From Octopus bimaculoides (lineage: Eukaryota), in contig NC_068981.1 of NCBI RefSeq assembly GCF_001194135.2, forward strand, positions 190,659,385 to 190,723,384: DNA of 64,000 bases. Reading direction: 5' to 3'. The notes below the pieces were generated by a model. It did not search any database. It saw only the letters and a program-made list of their open reading frames with translations, and had not been told where the DNA came from. Both the position numbers and the translations under genes were made by a program. This document shows positions 61,232 through 64,000 of this stretch, piece after piece. How positions within the stretch are numbered: position 1 is the stretch's first letter; each line of letters opens with the position of its first letter.

Positions 61232-61986
61232 TATGTTTGTAGGAGAATAATTACAGTTTAATGCTCACATCCTGGCATAGGATTTTTGTGTCATTGTGAT
61301 TTTTGAAAATAATGCATAATTTTACCCGTGCGAAAGAATCGACCAACTTATTTTCCATTTTGAAAAATTTTCAGTTTTGGAGCCTTAAACACTGGAAAAC
61401 CCAGCTGTAGATATTGTCATTTATAATTATATCTAAATGTTTTATGATATAGGTAAATATTTGTTTTAGGTACAAAACATCTAAGCAATCAAACAAAATT
61501 CGTTAGGAAAACATTACATAGGATAGTAATACCAAAATCCAATAAATGAATGTTGTAAATATTATTGTCTCTGTAAGCAAGGCGCCTCTTTGAACTCTTG
61601 GAGATACATTCAGAATATAAGGTTATCGTTGATAATAGGTTATCAGAAGTTCTTTCAGTGTCGTTCTAGTTTCTTTTAATCCTTATATATTCATTTAAAA
61701 TCATTTTATTGACAATCTTTTTTTATCCATGTATTGCATTCTGATTCAGAATCCAATTCATTGGTTTTCTGTCTCTGACTACCGGTTGCACTCCTATGAA
61801 CTTAGCCACTCACTTCTGATCCATATTTCTCCATATTATCTCTTATACTCACCCAGCTCCATCGCGTGACTTTTAGAGGCCCCCTGCAACTCTTTGTTTC
61901 GAGGCCCAATCCCTTCAATCAAAATTCATAATCTATGCACCTTTTATTCATAGCTATATTTTACTTTATTCTATCTGAAGTTCAAA

Positions 61987-62569
61987 AGCTATGCCAACAC
62001 TATGGAATAACAACAGAAAAAAAGATGGTATAAACACACGCCAGAAAAGGGCACAGAAAACGAGAAAGCAACCATACTCTGGGATATGCCAATACACACA
62101 GATAGAGAAATTAAGGCAAATAGACCAGATATAGTTGTCAAAGATCATGAAGAAAAAAATGCTTTCTAATTGATGTATCAATACCAGCAGATGACAACGT
62201 TTCCCTAAAAGAAATGGAAAAACTTTCAAAATACAAAGACCTGGAAATAGAGGTAACTCGAATGTGGAATCTAAAAACAGAAACAATTCCTATCATAGTA
62301 GGTGCCTTAGGTATAATAAAAAAAATATTCAGACAAATACATAACAAAAGCACCAGGACTTACAAGTATATATAACATACAGAAAATTGCACTACTGGGC
62401 ACTGCACACATCCTACGCAAAACACTTTCAGTACAGTAAACATAAGAGCACCACAGCAAACCACAGCAAACCACAGCACATACCCAAGGCACACAGAGCT
62501 GCGCTTGGTAGTGAAGTGAAAACATGTTATAAAAATAAAACTACTGAACAATAATAATAATAATAATAA
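61987..62569 (+). pseudogene. Dong/R4-like (restriction-like endonuclease) non-LTR retrotransposon 3' end, frameshifted, (AAT)n tail
   Basis: LWDMPIHTDREIKANRPDIVVKD...LIDVSIP.DDNV..KE.EKLSKYKDL.IEVTRMW.LKTETIPIIVGALG...IQKIALLGTAHILRK (PD-D/E-K REL domain); frameshift in the A-run near 62155. Confidence 0.9.
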
Positions 62570-62619
62570 CATCGAAAAATACCTCGGGAATGAGAACCCA
62601 GGTTCAAAATTTCCCCAAG

Positions 62620-62663
62620 ACCCCTGATGAAGGCTGGAGGATATATCATCTGAAATGTTGTGT
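62620..62663 (+). ncRNA. Decayed type I hammerhead motif, third family
   Basis: ACCC-CUGAUGA-A-GGCUG(10 nt)CAUCU-GAAA-UGUU-GUGU. The deviations at CCG>CTG and ACG>ATG look like CpG decay from CAGCC-GAAA-CGUU. Confidence 0.5.
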
Positions 62664-63122
62664 TGACAACAAACAAGATGAGGACAAATATCTGTCAAAT
62701 GTAAATAATGTCAAATGATGATGTTTATATGTTTGTATCTTAACATCCTTAAAACAGAAAACCCACAGATCTGTTAACAATAGATTTGGAATAGCCAAAG
62801 ACAAGTGATCTAACATTGGCAGTAATCATACAGTCATTTTAGCCATTTAAACTACCTAAAACGTTTTCTTATAGTATAAGTCTCCTGCATCACATATATA
62901 TTCCTTCCATGTCTCTTGCCAAAAGATTAGTCTGCCTATAATAAATGGAAGCAGTAGTTTATTTATTCATTTATGTTTATTTTCTTCACCTGAGACAACT
63001 GAGGCTTTGCATATCATTATTGTTTACTGCTCACACATTGGAGCTGTTAATGCTTTGGAATAGAATTGTATGTTTAACTTACACCCACTCACACACACAC
63101 ACTCTCGCTCTCTCTCTCTCAT

Positions 63123-63270
63123 ATGAAGGTGCATGGCCTAGTGGTTAAGCTGAGAGGATGATGAGAGTGTGATTTTCATTCATAGACCCCAGCAGTGCAT
63201 TGTGTTCTTCAACAGAACACTTCATTTCACGTTACTTCAGTCCATTCAGTCGTAAATGGGTCACTCTATG
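63123..63270 (+). mobile_element. SINE family D, diverged fragment
   Basis: tgaaggtgcatggcctagtggttaag...cattgtgttctt...acacttcatttcacgttacttcagtcca. Confidence 0.6.
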
Positions 63271-63605
63271 ATGAGTCCAGAGGGAATATTGTGATCTCAG
63301 TCACTTACCATCATCATCATCATCAACATCATTTTACATTTGTTTTCCATGCTGGCATGGTTTGGTCAGTTTGACAGGAACTGGCAAGGCTGTTTCTACA
63401 TAGTTTCTACATAGTTTCTACGTTCGGATGCTCTTCCTAATGCCAACCATTTTACAGTCTACACAACGGGCCCCTTTCAGCTTTTGTCTACGAAATCAAC
63501 TGACAAAGTGCCATGCAACGGGACTGAATCTGGAACCATGTGGTTAGGAAACAAACTTCTTACCACACAGCCACATTAGCATCTATGCAGTTATATATTG
63601 TATAT

Positions 63606-64000
63606 GTTTCCCAACCATATGGTTCTGGGTTCAGTCCCACTGCACGGCACCTTCGGTAAGTGTCTTCTACTGTAGCCTTGGGTTGAATAAAGCCTTGTGA
63701 GTGGATTTGGTAGACAGAAACTGAAACAAGGCAGTGAGCTGGCAGAAACATTAGCACGCTGGGAGAAATGCTTAGCGGTATTTAGTCTGCCGCTACGTTC
63801 TGAGTTCAAATTCCGCATCGGTCGACTTTGCCTTTCATCCTTTCGGGGTCGATTAAATAAGTACCAGTTACGCACTGGGGTCGATATAATCGACTTAATC
63901 CGTTTGTCTGTCCTTGTTTGCCCCCTCTGTGTGTCGCCCCTTGTGGGCAGTAAAGAAATAAGAAACTGAAAGAAGCCTATCATATATATATATATATATA
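63606..64000 (+). mobile_element. SINE A interrupted by a SINE B variant (63727-63960) with 11-bp TSD AGAAACTGAAA
   Basis: The A sequence stops at agaaactgaaa (63716-63726) and resumes at the same 11-mer (63961-63971). Confidence 0.9.

Overview
AT-rich, repeat-dominated eukaryotic scaffold with about 16 N-gaps, most flanked by (TA)n, (CA)n or (TAA)n. The SINE, LINE and microsatellite repertoire points to an octopod cephalopod such as Octopus; this is inference, not a database match. No intact protein-coding gene or full ORF is visible, and most ORF-track entries are microsatellite or gap artefacts. Recognisable content: dozens of copies of four tRNA-derived SINE types (called A-D here); three decayed mariner transposons; a hAT fragment; CR1-like, RTE and Dong/R4-like LINE remnants; two Penelope-like (PLE) remnants; and several MITE/foldback palindromes. 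Most notable observations: (i) three ~140-220 bp modules with minimal type I hammerhead ribozyme cores (47.5 kb, 51.3 kb, 62.6 kb), i.e. retrozyme/PLE-like; (ii) Dong/R4-like LINE ends and SINE trains placed in (TAA)n tracts; (iii) a candidate bidirectional promoter at ~49.2 kb and a candidate 12-nt start-codon micro-exon at 52.3 kb; (iv) near-perfect local inverted duplications of already diverged repeats. Exon and promoter calls rest on motifs only. All coordinates were read by eye, and repeat boundaries are approximate.
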